A program made the position numbers and the translations under genes. A stretch of 64,000 nucleotides of DNA from Selaginella moellendorffii. Lineage: Eukaryota; Plantae; Lycopodiophyta. A model generated the notes under the pieces. The model was not told where the DNA came from. It saw only the letters and a program-made list of their open reading frames with translations, and made no database searches. The stretch covers positions 62,001-126,000 of the forward strand of contig NW_003314334.1 in assembly GCF_000143415.4 (NCBI RefSeq), in the 5' to 3' direction. Numbering within the stretch: position 1 is the stretch's first letter; each line of letters begins with the position of its first letter. Positions 13,572-26,255 of the stretch are shown here, in pieces.

Positions 13572-14174
13572 ATGTTGAAAGAAAAATATGTTTACTTCGA
13601 TTTCTTTGCAACTCGAAGAATCCTGACTTGGGTGTATCGCGGACACCTCTTTCAACAAACAATTGTCGAATTCCTAGGCATACACAAACATGAAACTTTT
13701 CAACCATTAACGCTTGCTTTCAACACTGATTTGACGAGAGTCATAGCAGCAACAGAGTGTGGAACCTTTGAACCACAAGTTCGTTGGTTTGTAGACACTC
13801 TTAGATTTAGAGATTTCGAAGAGAACGCGGAATTACTTTACCGACTTCTTCAAAGTCCTCTTCGTGTAACGCTACCAACAAGCACTCTTATCGAACTATA
13901 TACTATAGCATATTGGCACCGTTTAGGACGGACGAGAATAGCTGGGGAATTAAGAAATCAAGGCCATCAACAAAATCAAATTCGAAATTCGGGATTAAGA
14001 AACCGACGGGACCCTGAACTTGAGTCAAGTTCAAGGGAACGACTTGGAAACTCGAGGATAACAAGTCGAAGGAGGAGAAATATAAGACAGGATCACAATA
14101 GGCCAAGATTAAATACAGTACCAAACTTCAACTTTGACACTGAGGTCCAACGTCGAAACCCCAGCCTAGAGTGA
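13572..14174 (+). CDS. extra 5' ORF of unknown function inside the gypsy element
   Basis: 200-codon ORF between the PBS and pol with no gag motifs. Confidence 0.4.
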   Translation: MLKEKYVYFDFFATRRILTWVYRGHLFQQTIVEFLGIHKHETFQPLTLAFNTDLTRVIAATECGTFEPQVRWFVDTLRFRDFEENAELLYRLLQSPLRVTLPTSTLIELYTIAYWHRLGRTRIAGELRNQGHQQNQIRNSGLRNRRDPELESSSRERLGNSRITSRRRRNIRQDHNRPRLNTVPNFNFDTEVQRRNPSLE

Positions 14175-15359
14175 CATATCACTCGCAACCAACAAGGAAG
14201 AGTGCGTCCAAGCAGTCTCAACATTTTAAGGAGTATTTTAGGAGATCCTGCATCAAGGATTCAAACTTATAATGCAAGAGTATTAATTGAGACTATCCCT
14301 TGGGAAGTTCGTGAAGCGATCGACTCTGATCGTGAAAGAGAACGTGCTATACGACTGAGGGAAGTAGAACACCACCGGCAAGAACAGCATCAGGGAAATG
14401 CACCATCACGAAATTGATCATAGAGAAAATCGCGCTGGATAAACCCGCGCACACATAGGCTTAAAGCAGCAAGAATCTGTTGGAAACTATATTGTGACGT
14501 GTGAACGTCATTAGAGACTAGAAACATACGAGAATTAAGACATTAAAATACAACTACTGCTGTATTCAGCATTTTCAAATACTACTAACGACTGGGAAAC
14601 ACAAACACTCATAGTGAGAGCTCGCATTCCAGTACGACCAAGATATTGTAAGAGACCAAAACAATTGTTCAAGAATTTAGATAAGATTGGACTCCTAAAG
14701 AGAGTTGCAATCGTTTGCATACCTGCTCGATCCCAAATTTGGAGAGCAGCACCAAATATCACTAGCGAACAGCTACATCGATCAATATATGACACAACCA
14801 ACCTCCTTTTACAAACAAAATCGTACTTACTTACACCACCAGATTTTTTAAATACAAGACCTTTCCTAAGCTAGACTCAGGAAAGTGACCTCGAGAAGAA
14901 ACTCGGGAAGAATCGAGAAAGAAAAACTCGATTAAAGACTCAAGACACAAGAGCTTGACTTCGCATTTCTACTACAAAAACAAACTTGCAGAAGACTCAA
15001 GACATAAGAGCTTGACTTTGCAATCTATGAAGAACAACATTTGACTCCAGACAACTTAGGCAAAACATAAATTCAGGAAACTTACCTCAACATTCAAGTT
15101 GAGAAGACTCAGCAAACTGAATGTACAAACACAAACCAGACCCAATCAAGATCCGGGAAAGAGATCTTCGACAAAAGAATCGAGAAGTGAAAAAGGAAGA
15201 GATAGGAAAAGAGAAACTAGAACAACAACACAAGGCAGTCGTGGGAGGCAAACTATATAAGCTTGGACATGACAACATTTTGAGAAGATGCATAGAATCA
15301 CAAGAAGAGATTAAGGATCTACTCGATGAAGCTCATGCAGGAAGATCGGGAGGTCATAT

Positions 15360-18300
15360 CTTAAGAGCCAAATACTTAAGATTTGTTGTCCACAAATTCC
15401 TGCTGCTCGCACTCAAGAAAAGCAATTTCCATCTAAAACTGAGAAAGAGGATAACGTAAAAATCCAACCTGGAGATTACGATGATAATGTACCTTGTATT
15501 GACCTCAACATAGGCAAGAATCAAATCACTGGAGCAATACTCGATGGAGGCTCGGGTGTGAATATAATCGAGCATGGTATATGTAAAGCAATGGGACTTG
15601 GACCCATACAACCTGCTCCCTTCAATGTCCGCATGGCAGACCAACATGTTGTAAGACCAGCTGGCATAATAAGAGATATCACCATTGGAATCAAAGGACA
15701 CAAGTTCAAGATCAACTTCGTGGTATTAAAAATGCCAATTGAAGAATCCTCTTACAAACTCTTGCTTGGAAGACCATGGCTAAACAAAGCAGTTTATGCT
15801 CAATATTGGATGGACCATGAAATTTGTATACAATCAGACAAAGGACAAACGAAAATAGCTACAACTACAACCAGGAAAATTCCGAAAAGATTTCAACCAA
15901 TTCAAGCCCAAGAATACAATTGGCAAGAAGGCTTGGACGACCTTGAAGAAGCCAAACTCCTTGAAGCTTACCCAGAGCTACGAGCTTTTCAAGAAATTGA
16001 TTTACACCATGTACTACCAGTAGTGGCTCAAGACCAGCACCACAACTTAAACTCGATGGACCAACCACTCTATTCTACAAAGCTACACGCTCAAAATCAA
16101 CAAAGATTAAAGATCAAACAACAAAACGAGAAGCCAACTCTCAAACCTGAACAATTACAATCTAAAGAATACAACATTCAGATTGATGATAATCCAGTCC
16201 TACAATCTCAAAATAACGACTTTACACTCCGAATTAACCTCAATGAAGAAACTGAAGAACTCAATCTCGGACTTCAAGAAGATCCACACAATATACTTAT
16301 CGCTGCAAATCTTGACCAAAACTTCAAGATAAAAGCTCAACAATTACTCATAACCTACAAGGACGTTTTTGCATGGTCATACAAAGATCTCAAGGGAATA
16401 CCCCCTGAACTATGTACACATCGCATAGAGTTACTACCAGGAACTCGACCAATTAAGCAAACAGCTTATCGCATGAATCCAAACTTCGCTGATAAAGTCA
16501 AAACAGAACTCAACAAACTACAAGATGCTGGATTCATTTACCCCATCAAGAATGCACAATGGTTGTCACCATTGGTTATCGTCCCGAAAAAGAATGGCAA
16601 ATTGCGAATTTGTGTCAATTACAAAAAGTTGAACGATGTGACGGAAAAAGACTCTTTTCCTATACCATTCTTAGATGAGATACTCGATGCAGTTGCAGGA
16701 CATGAGATGTACTCATTCCTCGACGGGTTTTCAGGATATAATCAAGTTCACATAGCACCAGAAGATCAATACAAGACTGCCTTCATAAGTCCATGGGGCG
16801 CATATGCATACTCTAGAATGCCATTCGGATTAACGAATGCACCATTTACTTTTCAAAGGATAATTACCGACACATTTCAGGAATACTTGACTGATTTTAT
16901 GCGCGTCTTCATGGATGACTTCAGCGTTTTTGGAGCAAAAGAAAAACATCTTGAACACTTAGAAAAGTGTTTCATTAAATGTCGACAAAACTGAGTTGCA
17001 CTTAATCCAGAAAAGTGTATTTTCTTTGTCAAATCAGGAATACTCCTTGGCCATGTCGTTTGTAAAGACGGAATTCTCATTGACAAAGCAAAAACAGAGG
17101 TCATTGTCAAAATGACTCCACCCATGGATTTAACGAGTTTGAGAAGATTTCTCGGAAAAATGGGTTACCATAGACGTTTTATTCAAGACTATGCAACGAT
17201 TGCTAAACCGCTCACGGAGCTACTTAAGAAATCTCAAGTTTACGCATGGACACAAGATTGCCAACTAGCCTTTGACACACTTAAGGATAAGCTTACAAAA
17301 GCCCCCATACTGGTTCAACCCGACTGGACACAGGAATTCATTGTACAAGTAGATGCATCTGATTATGCACTTGGAGCTATACTTTGCCAGAGAAAAACTG
17401 ATAATAGAGACCATCCCATATACTACGCAAGCCGCAGACTCTCCCCACCAGAGATGAACTATACAACCACGGAAAAAGAGGCATTAGGAATGGTCTATGC
17501 ACTCACCAAATTTCGACATTACCTCCTTTCAAACAAAGTCAAGATCATGGTTGATCACCAAGCACTCTTACACTTACTCAACAAGACAATACTCACTGGA
17601 AGAATTGCACGATGGTTTCTTTTACTTCAAGAATTCAACTTTGAGATTATTCACAAGCCAGGCAAACAACATACGCAAGCTGATCATCTTAGTCGACTTA
17701 TCACGGGAGAACAAGTCACAAAACCCAACGATGACTTACCTGATTCACACCTTTTTACGGTCACAACTCAAGGAATGCTCCAGGATATTTACAAATTCTT
17801 GACGACAACCAAGATCCTTCACAAACGATCAAAGGAAACAATTCGTCTTGAGGACACGACGATATTCAGTCGTGGGAGGCAAACTATATAAGCTTGGACA
17901 TGACAACATTTTGAGAAGATGCATAGAATCACAAGAAGAGATTAAGGATCTACTCGATGAAGCTCATGCAGGAAGATTGGGAGGTCATTTTGCCGAAGAA
18001 ATTACGGCCAGGAAAGTGTTACAAGCTGGATTATGGTGGCCGACACTCTGGAAAGATGCCACTCAGCATTGTCAAGAATGTGATATATGTCAAAGAACGA
18101 AGTTTCCACCGAGGAAACAAACTCAGGAACTCAATCCAACAACAGCATTGGAACCCTTCCAGCGTTGGGGACTTGATTTTATTGGACCTATAGCAAAAAG
18201 TAGCAAAGGAAATCAATACATTTTGGTTGCTACCGACTATATGACAAAATGGGCGGAAGCTCTTCCACTAAAGAAAGCCACAGCGAAAAATACAGCCAAG

Positions 18301-19020
18301 TTTCTCTATGAAACAATTATAACACGATATGGATTACCACGAGAAATTGTTACAGATCGAGGAACACATTTTCTGAATGAGACCATCGACATTCTCGTTA
18401 AAGAATTTATCATCAACCATAAGAAGTCAACACCATATTACCCCCAGGGTAATGGACAAGCAGAATCAACAAACAAAACGCTTAAAAACATACTCAAGAA
18501 AATCGTCAAGACAAACCTTAAGGATTGGGATGAAAGGATTTACGATGCTCTTTGGGCTTACAGAACAGCCTACAAAGTTTCAACAAATTCTACACCTTTT
18601 AAGCTTGCTTATGGCCTTGAAGCGTTAACACCACTAGAGTACACAGTACCATCCTTGAGAATGGCCATTGAACTTGAAATTAATCAAGAAGAATCGATCA
18701 AGAAAAGACTCGTGATGCTTGAGAAACTTGATGAAGAAAGACTAAGTGCAATATGGACAATCGAAGCAATACAAGCTAGAAGAAAAGCTTATCACGATCG
18801 CAAACAAGTCAAGAAAAACAAAGCACATTACAAAGTAGGAGATCTTGTATTATGGTATCGTGGCAATGTGGATAAACTTGGAGGAAAACTCGTTCATCAA
18901 TGGGAAGGACCATTCAAGATTACGAGTATGCAAAACCCAGGAACAGCAAAACTTGCAACTTTAGATGATGAAGAATTGCAAGTAGTTAACTTGAACAAAT
19001 TGAAGATTTACAAGCAACCA
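15360..19020 (+). pseudogene. pol: pol: protease, reverse transcriptase, RNase H, integrase
   Basis: Protease ILDGGSGVNII. RT motifs SPLVIVPKKNGKLRIC, FLDGFSGYNQ, MPFGLTNAP and FMDD. RNase H VDASDYALGAIL and NYTTTEKEAL. Integrase HHCC zinc finger, WGLDFIGP, TDRGTHF, PQGNGQAE and GPF. In-frame TGA at 16992-16994 and a frameshift near 17800-17850. Confidence 0.95.
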
Positions 19021-21025
19021 CAAGTGCTCCACACTATGGTGGAAAGCCAGAAATTTCAAGAGAAAACACTCAGAGAAATCAACAAAAACACATACCAATG
19101 CATGCACGCACTTAGAAAAAATTTGTCTCAACAAGAATGGGACCTAACCCTAATCTTGGCGGCTGTGAGAAGAAAAGAGTTCCGGGATCAGGAAAAAGGG
19201 AGCCCACAAGGGGCAAACAGTGATCAAGACTGTAGGGATTCTGGGTCTGGTGAAAGTGCCGTTTCAATGAGGACTAGAGTTGGGTCAAGGGCTTCATGCC
19301 GTCCACGGGAAGAGGAAGAACCGATAGAACTCTCCGACGAGGAGAACAAGGTATGCACGGTTTTCCAAGTGGGCAATCCGGTATGGTCTCGCGATGAGAC
19401 TCTTGATGCATGGCTGCGAAAGCATCAACTCTATGGCTTTTCGGTCCTGATGACAGCTTCGACAAGCACCGACCAGCAGGGAATCGAGAGGAAGATTATC
19501 GATTTTGCGCGCGGAAAAATCACGATTGAAGAAGAAGACTTCGCCAAAGCTCTTCAGCTACCAAACAGGGGAAAACGAGTGACAGCTCCGCGAGACAGAG
19601 CCATTGATTCGGAGATCATGAAGCGTGCAGCAAATTACAAGACAGCAGCGTCTTTGCAGCTCTCCAACGTGAAGGAAAAATTCCGAGGGATTTTTAAGTT
19701 CCTTCTCGCGACATTGGAATTCCGACGCACGGCGACATCAGTGAGCAAGAATGTTGCCTTCATCTACGAGGACCTGAACAATGGAGTCCAGGTCGACTTG
19801 GGAGCATACGTTTACACCAAGTTCCATAGGGAACTCTCACAGGTTTACAATGCGCTGGAGAGTAAGAAGAAAATTACAACAACGTTGTTCCCATATATTG
19901 AGGCTTTGTCAGTCAACAATGACAGAGCATTGGTGATCGTTCCTCACGCCCAGGTGAGGGCAGTGAAGGAGAAGCATGACCATAGCGACGGGAGTGAGGC
20001 ACAGGAAAAAGAGGATGAGGAGCAAGATGAACAAGAAGAGGCGCAGGAAAATCAAGTAGAAGATGCGGACGACCAGGAGGAGGTGCAGGAAAAGCGTAAG
20101 GAAGTTCAGGACGAACAAGGAGAATTCCAGAAGGAAACTCCAAAGGAGCAGGGACTTGTGGAGCGTGAGAACACACAGGAGGAACCACTCCATGTCGAAG
20201 GAAACCCAGAGGATCACACGCAGGAAATTCCAGCGCCAGAGATACACAATCAAGACGAAAGCACTCAAATTGACAAAGTTGATCCGAAGCAGCTCCCGGC
20301 AGCTCAAGTTTGCAGTCTTGAGTCAGCAACACAGGACTGTAACCTTGAGCCCGAAACGGTTGTGATAACCGCAACGGCCAAGGACAACGACAAGGGTTTC
20401 GACAAAGCAAGTCACGGGCTCTCACCAAACGACGAAGCTGACGAGATGGACACCCGTGGACAGCAGGATGGAGCAGAGCGACACCTCCACAACCGCCCTC
20501 CACGCCGTTACACACCGGAGAAATGAGGTCGTGAGGAGCAGGATCGCAGCAGTCATGGCAACAAGCTCCCCCACAACTTCCTGCAGCAGTATCACGACTC
20601 AAAGCTTGCTGTGTACACTCGCGAAGGCATCGAAAGTTTCTACGAGAAGACGTTCATCAAGCCGACATAGCAGCGCCTTTCCAAGCTTGAGGATNNNNNN
20701 NNNNNNNNNNNNNNNNNNNNNNNNNNNNNNNNNNNNNNNNNNNNNNNNNNNNNNNNNNNNNNNNNNNNNNNNNNNNNNNNNNNNNNNNNNNNNNGCCATC
20801 AAGAGCATTCGCAGTCATGGAATCCCGACTCCGAAATCATGTAAGGAATCTTTTGATCTTGCACAGCATTACGAGCAGGAAAATGCAAGGCTCAACAAGG
20901 AGCTGCTCGCAGCAAAAGAAAGAATTCGCGCACTCGAGGAAGCAGCTCAGACTTATGACGAGGAGGAAGAGGAGGAGGAACCGCATGAGGGAGCAGCTAC
21001 CCACGATGCAGCAATGGAGCAGTGA
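19021..21025 (+). CDS. 3' extra ORF (acidic, coiled-coil) continuing in frame from integrase
   Basis: ORF 17848-20526 runs ~500 aa past the integrase GPF motif. A second-frame ORF continues across an N gap to 21025. Confidence 0.55.
20695..20794. other. assembly gap (100 N)
   Basis: Run of N. Confidence 1.
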
Positions 21026-21059
21026 CTGCGGGACGCAGCACAAGGCAGTCGTGGGAGAG

Positions 21060-21477
21060 TGGAAAAGGGAGAAAAAGACAAGCTCGAGGATTCAAGCTTA
21101 GGAAAGTAAACTTGAGAGGTTCAAGGTTAGGACTGTATTCCTAACCTTGACGTCAGCAGTAGCGACTATAAAAGTAGGACTTAGAATGTTTTTAGACTTA
21201 TCCCTAATACAAAATACATTGCAATACATCGTCATTCTGCCTATCTCTTTGGCTATTCACAGCAATGTCTTACTTACCCACCGCCTTCAAGGGATCAAAG
21301 GCGTGGGACTAGCACCTTCAAGCACATGTTCACAGTCTCTACTTGGCTTGGCACAAGCAGGTAAGTGCACTCTTCTTGTAGTGTAGTTTTAGTTTTAGGG
21401 ACTAGATTAGATTTGAAACTCCTAGGAAAATCTCGTGTGGACGTTTCCTCCCAGTCCAGAGATTCCAGGAGTTTTCA
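21060..21477 (+). repeat. 3' LTR of the gypsy element
   Basis: Direct repeat of 12451-12868, preceded by the PPT. Confidence 0.95.
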
Positions 21478-21598
21478 CTCGCTATAGATCAGCAACCTAA
21501 CATACCCTTTGTCCACCAACTCCTCTATTTGGCACTTGAGCTCCTTGAGTTCTTTTTCGTTCAAACGATAAGGGGGACGAACCACCGCCTTAGCACCC

Positions 21599-21792
21599 TG
21601 TAAGCTCCTGAGTTTGGACTTCCCGAGAGGTCACCCAGCCCAGTACTATTCAAACCCAAGGACGCTTAACCCCAAATATCCCAAGACCCTTAACCGATTG
21701 GAAAAGGGGGTGCACTCTTATTCATGGGCCCTTTCCCTCTATATTTGAACCCCATGGACCGTCTCTCAAGTCGTTCTCTTTGGTTGCTTACA
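21599..21792 (-). mobile_element. Cassandra-type TRIM solo LTR carrying 5S rRNA-derived sequence
   Basis: 194 bp, termini TGTAAGC..GCTTACA, TSD CACCC at 21594-21598 and 21793-21797. Minus strand 21670-21616 reads GTTAAGCGTCCTTGGGTTTGAATAGTACTGGGCTGGGTGACCTCTCGGGAAGTCC, matching the 5S rRNA box A/IE/box C region. Confidence 0.85.
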
Positions 21793-22453
21793 CACCCTCG
21801 ATCAGCTCAATCTTATGTTCTATCGGTTGTGCTGGGGTTACATACTCCTGAATGGTTCCGGTCTGCTTCAGCCTACTCAGCTCGTCTCTTAGATGCAGAG
21901 TAGCATTCGGAGGAACGTAAGTCGCGTGGATCCTCACCTTCATCATTTCCCAAGTGGCCACCAGTCCTTCGTTAGCCTCTGTCATTCTCCACCAAGACTT
22001 GGCATTATCTGCCAAGTATGGTTTTGCACATGGGACCTTCTCTGAGCTTGGTAACCGCAACACTCGGAAGTAGTCCTCCATATCATAAAACCAATCCTCC
22101 ACCACCTTATAGTCATTCACTCCCTTGAAAACCGGTGGGGGCTTTGGTTTGTACTTGGGAACTGCCTGAGAAACTGATTCCACTTCAATTTGTTCGACCT
22201 TGTTTGGTTCTGCCTCAGTCTCTACCGAAGGGTCTGCACCCTTTGCGCTGCCAGCATCCGCAGTCTTTCGCTTTTTCTTCCGCTTCTCGTCATGCGTTAA
22301 CTTGCGCACGAGAGTCTCTAGTAGGGCATTGGTTTGTGCCAATTGTCCTTCTAGAACGTCCAATCGAGCCTTGGATGACCGAACCTCACCACCAGACTCC
22401 TCTTTGGAAGTTGCTTCACTGGAGTCCTCCTCATGCAAGGAATCCTCATCCAT
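21793..22453 (-). pseudogene. Ty3/gypsy gag (retrotransposon gag domain), family C
   Basis: KPKPPPVFKG...WFYDMEDYF...YLADNAKSWW...LKQTGTIQEYV gag signature. Confidence 0.85.
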
Positions 22454-23767
22454 AGCCTCCTATTCGACCGGAGGCTCCAGCTCTGGAGGAGGTTCTGTCT
22501 CCGCCTGGGTTCGCTTACGTCCTGCCCTTGGCATCTCCCAACAATCCGCCTCTATCCTTCGCTAGAACTAAGGAACAGGCTCCAATACCAAATTGTAAGC
22601 CACAAATTTTTCCTTTCCAATTTGCCAACTTACCTCGTCTATCTGACCAACACTGCCTTGGCTTGTGCAAAGTTCCCTTGCCAAGGTTCTCGCCTATTGT
22701 ACCAGCTCCTACTTGGTCCTACTTGGTTTCAGCTACTCACTGCACGAGCAACGGAGAGTTAGCCTTCCATCCACGGATTCCCAAATCTCTCCCAATCCCC
22801 CTCCCCGGGTTAGACTGGACTTAAGGTTCAGCTACACTCCCCACAGGCACAAGCAGCCAAGCACACCAAGCCTCCAAGTTCCTAACACCCCTTGGTACCA
22901 CAAGGCTTGATCATGGGACCCTCTAAATCCCAAGCCTTGGGTGCAACACTTGCTTCGGGACATCGGGGCGAAACACCGTGGTCTAACGACCCGGTATGGG
23001 TACCTCTACCCCCCCACTTTCATCCCGAAGGGAAGGCCCAAGCCCCTAGGAAGGGCGAGGACCAATGAGCCACAAGGTACTCAAGTGGGGCACCACTCCA
23101 CATGAGCCGGGAGCACCGTAGTTGGTTTCACTTTCGGGAGTGGGAGCTGCTCTTGAGCACTTCCCTGGGTAGCCCATCCGGCACCACCCAAGCCCATGCT
23201 CACTCCCACCCAAGGCCCCTCGGCCCCAGTCTCAACCTCAAGTCAGTTTGGAAGCACCACTGGAGAGTTCCTTCAAGACTGGTTCCTGGACCTCACTATC
23301 CCTACTATACTTTTGGAACCCCCTGCAGTGCCCCCCCCCCCCCCTAGGAGACGCACGCTTTGGGCTTTCACCCCTTGACCCCTATTACTATTTGGACTTA
23401 GCCTAGAATTCAATCTCGGACTTGATCTTGGACCCGACTTTGGACTTGGTCTCAGACTCGATCTCGAACTCGATCTCGGACCCGATCTCGGACCCGATCT
23501 CAGACTCGACTTCGGACTCGACCTCGGACTCGGTCTCGGACCCGATTTGGATCTCAGACTCCATCTCGAACTCGGTCTCGAACTTGGTCTCGATCTCGGT
23601 CTCCGATTCGGCCTCGGCTCGATCCCGGACTCTATCTCGAACTTGGTCTCAGAGTCGGTCTTGGACTCGATCTTCGACTCGGTCCCATCCAATGAACTCT
23701 TTATCATTTTGGTCATGCTTTCGGGGATCCTTTAGCCTACGACATTTCGGGGAGTCGGTTCCTTACA

Positions 23768-24801
23768 AGTGGGAAGGACACCTAAAGGGAAATCAGTCAT
23801 ATTAATATGATGGTATAGTAAGTCCAAGAAAGTAGTCTCTAGGAGAGACCAATGGGAGGGTCGCAAAGTTGGGCCGTGGATGGAGCCTATAGCAAAAAAT
23901 GCTAAAGAGACCTACTAGGGGTGAGCACCCTCTAGACTTAGCAAAGTAGAGCTTTTGCCATGGAACCAAAAGGATACCTCGAGAATGGAGGTAATGATCC
24001 TATGTTGCTCAATGCAACAATTAACAGATAAAAGCAAAAGACTAGTGGCCAACTATGCGCCATGGAGTTCATTGGAGGGAATCTAAATGGCAAAGTTAGG
24101 TATGGAACACTAAGGTGTTAGATGTTAACTGATGGTGAGAAAGGAAGTGTGCTTCCAAGGATGGATTCCCAAATGCTCCAAGTTCGCAAAGGTGAAAGTT
24201 CCAAGGAGGGAGCGGCAAAGTAGCCAAATGATAGGGCCGTGGACAACTTTAGCACAACTTATGATAACTGGAACTTAGTGCCAAAGGTGGCACGATATCG
24301 AAGAGGGGATGATAGTGCTCTCAAGTAAAGAACTTCCTAAGATGGGGAAGTGGAGTTGCACTATGGGCAACATAAGTTGTCGGAGACACTTAGGAAATTG
24401 ACTTTGAGAAGTCAAAATTAAAAGTTCCAAAGTGCAAAGGTTATGTCAATGGAATCTGAGACTACTCAAGAATGAGTAGTGGAATTGAGTTAGAGAGGGT
24501 GTCTCTAACCGGTTTAGGGAGAACTAAACCAATAAAAGAAGAGAACCACCACAAGTGGTCGAATGAGCCTCTAAGTTGGAGAGGCTATGCTCCTTAGAGG
24601 ATGCACAAGGTATGGTGAGCCTTCAGTGTCAAACCATTGACGAGTATTGGCTAGATACCAAAGATGGAAAGGGTGATACATACTACTATTACTTTATAAA
24701 ATGGTTTATCGTTCGATGAGGACATCGAACTTCGTTTATGGGTGGTGGAGTTGTGAGATAGAAAATTCTTAGGCCCCAAAGTGGAGCTGAAAGGCTACCA
24801 C
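23768..24801 (+). mobile_element. older family A element: 3' internal region, PPT and first 50 bp of the 3' LTR
   Basis: Homologous to 42720-43760; PPT GGGTGGTGGAG then TGTGAGA at 24752; cut by an inverted LTR at 24802. Confidence 0.8.
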
Positions 24802-25804
24802 TGTAAGCGACTAAATTTTCCATTTTACTTTAGTCACTTAACCACATGTCTGACCACTTGGAGGAGTCTCATTGACAACCTCCATAAGTCCAACTCAGGA
24901 CTTGGGGCTTGCTAGCCCCGAGAATGGCATCCATGCCACTCAACCTTAGCACTTGGTCCAAGTGCTCCACGTGTCCGATCCCATGATCGACACCCCAAGG
25001 TATCACCGACGTACCGGCCCGTTACGCTAAGGCCATGCCCATTTACCTTGGTCACACTGGTGGTCCAACACCACTTGCATCTCCGTCTTGGCCCTCCAAG
25101 ACTAGGCAAACCATCCGTGAGTGGTAATCCCAGATCCACTCCTTAGCATCCTTAGGATGCCCACCGACAAGGGGAATAGCCTTCCCCAATATCCCTCTGT
25201 CAGTCCCCACTAAGTCCCTTTCTGCCCCTGGCCGTGTTTGCCAACACTGCCACTGGATCGAGACCCACAGGCCCGACCACTAAGTCCTACGGTCCTCTGG
25301 AACTTCCTCACCACACGACTGTGTCCTTGGTCACTACCCCAGAGGACTGCTCCTCTTCCTTTCCACAGTCTGGGCCATTGGGACAACATTTCGGAACACC
25401 GTGGCCTTACGCAAGCCACCTGGGTACTCTCCTCGCCTTCTGCCCTTGGGTGCTCTAGCCATGGGCTTAGAGCGGGTTCCATTGAGCCACACCAGGTATC
25501 CAAGTAGGTAGTGCCACCCACACTTGGACTGGGAGCATCGGCCAGTCGATCTCCCGGGGGAACTAGAGCCGGCTCTTGAACACTTCACCAAGCTACCCCG
25601 CTTGTCGGTCCGTGTTCACTCTAGTCTTGGACTTCCCAGTGGGCATCTCATCACCCAACACTGGGTCCGGCCTTCCTGGGCCAAACTGGCCTTTCCTGGC
25701 CAAACTGGCTCCATTGCAGTCCTCCCCCTACTATACTTTTGGAGCTCACCAAACCCCCCAGGGTCTGGGAGACGAACGCTTTGGGCTTTCACCCTCTCAG
25801 GCTC

Positions 25805-26255
25805 CGGACTCGGACTCGGACTCGGACTCGGACTCGGACTCGGATTCGGACTCGGACTCGGGCTCGGGCTCGGTCTCGGCCTCGGCCTCGGTCTCGGTCT
25901 CGGTCCCGATCTCGGTCTCGGTCTCGGTCCCGGTCTCGGTCCCGGTCTCAGTCTCGACTTCGGACTCCATCTCGGACTCCATCTCGGACTCCATCTCAGG
26001 TCCATCTCGGGTCCATCTCGGACTCCATCTCGGACTCCATCTCGGCTCCATCTCGGACTCCATCTCGGACTGCATTTCAGGTCCATCTTGGACTCCATTT
26101 CGGGTCCATCTCGGGTCCACCTCGGACTCCACCTCGGACTCCATCTCGGACTCCATCTCGGGTCCATCTCGGACTCCACTTCGGACTCCAACTCGGGTCC
26201 ATCTCGGGTCCATCTCGGACTCCATTTCGGACTCCAACTAGAGTCCATCTCGGAC
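25805..26255. repeat. compound tandem array inside the family A LTR: (GACTCG)n, (GTCTCG)n, then 11/12-mer GGACTCCATCTC/GGGTCCATCTC
   Basis: Directly visible; length-variable copies also at ~31500-32040, 38125-38640, 43940-44450, 49385-49800 and 52730-53245. Confidence 0.95.

Larger units (their letters stand above)
12451..21477 (+). mobile_element. young full-length-bounded Ty3/gypsy LTR retrotransposon (non-chromovirus type)
   Basis: 418-bp LTRs at 12451-12868 and 21060-21477 (TG..CA, one visible SNP). TSD CTCGC at 12446-12450 and 21478-21482. PBS at 12870; PPT GTGGGAGAG at 21051-21059. Domain order PR-RT-RH-INT. Confidence 0.95.
12292..23767 (-). mobile_element. family C Ty3/gypsy deletion derivative (5' LTR 22594-23767, PBS, gag, RT remnant), interrupted by two insertions
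   Basis: TG..CA LTR; PBS TGGTATTGGAGC on the minus strand near 22579-22590; gag 21793-22453; RT pieces 21478-21598 and 12292-12450; no 3' LTR. Confidence 0.8.

Noticed and set aside
21616-21670. 5S rRNA gene
   Set aside because: Only ~55 nt of the 5S internal control region, embedded in a TG..CA LTR with a TSD.
24925-24940. TGGCATCCATGCCA in family A LTRs as a copy of the 22-bp palindrome
   Set aside because: The arm spacing differs and it is simply propagated with the LTR.
25960-26255. Possible CRISPR array
   Set aside because: The repeats are contiguous with no unique spacers, there are no cas genes, and the context is a eukaryotic LTR.
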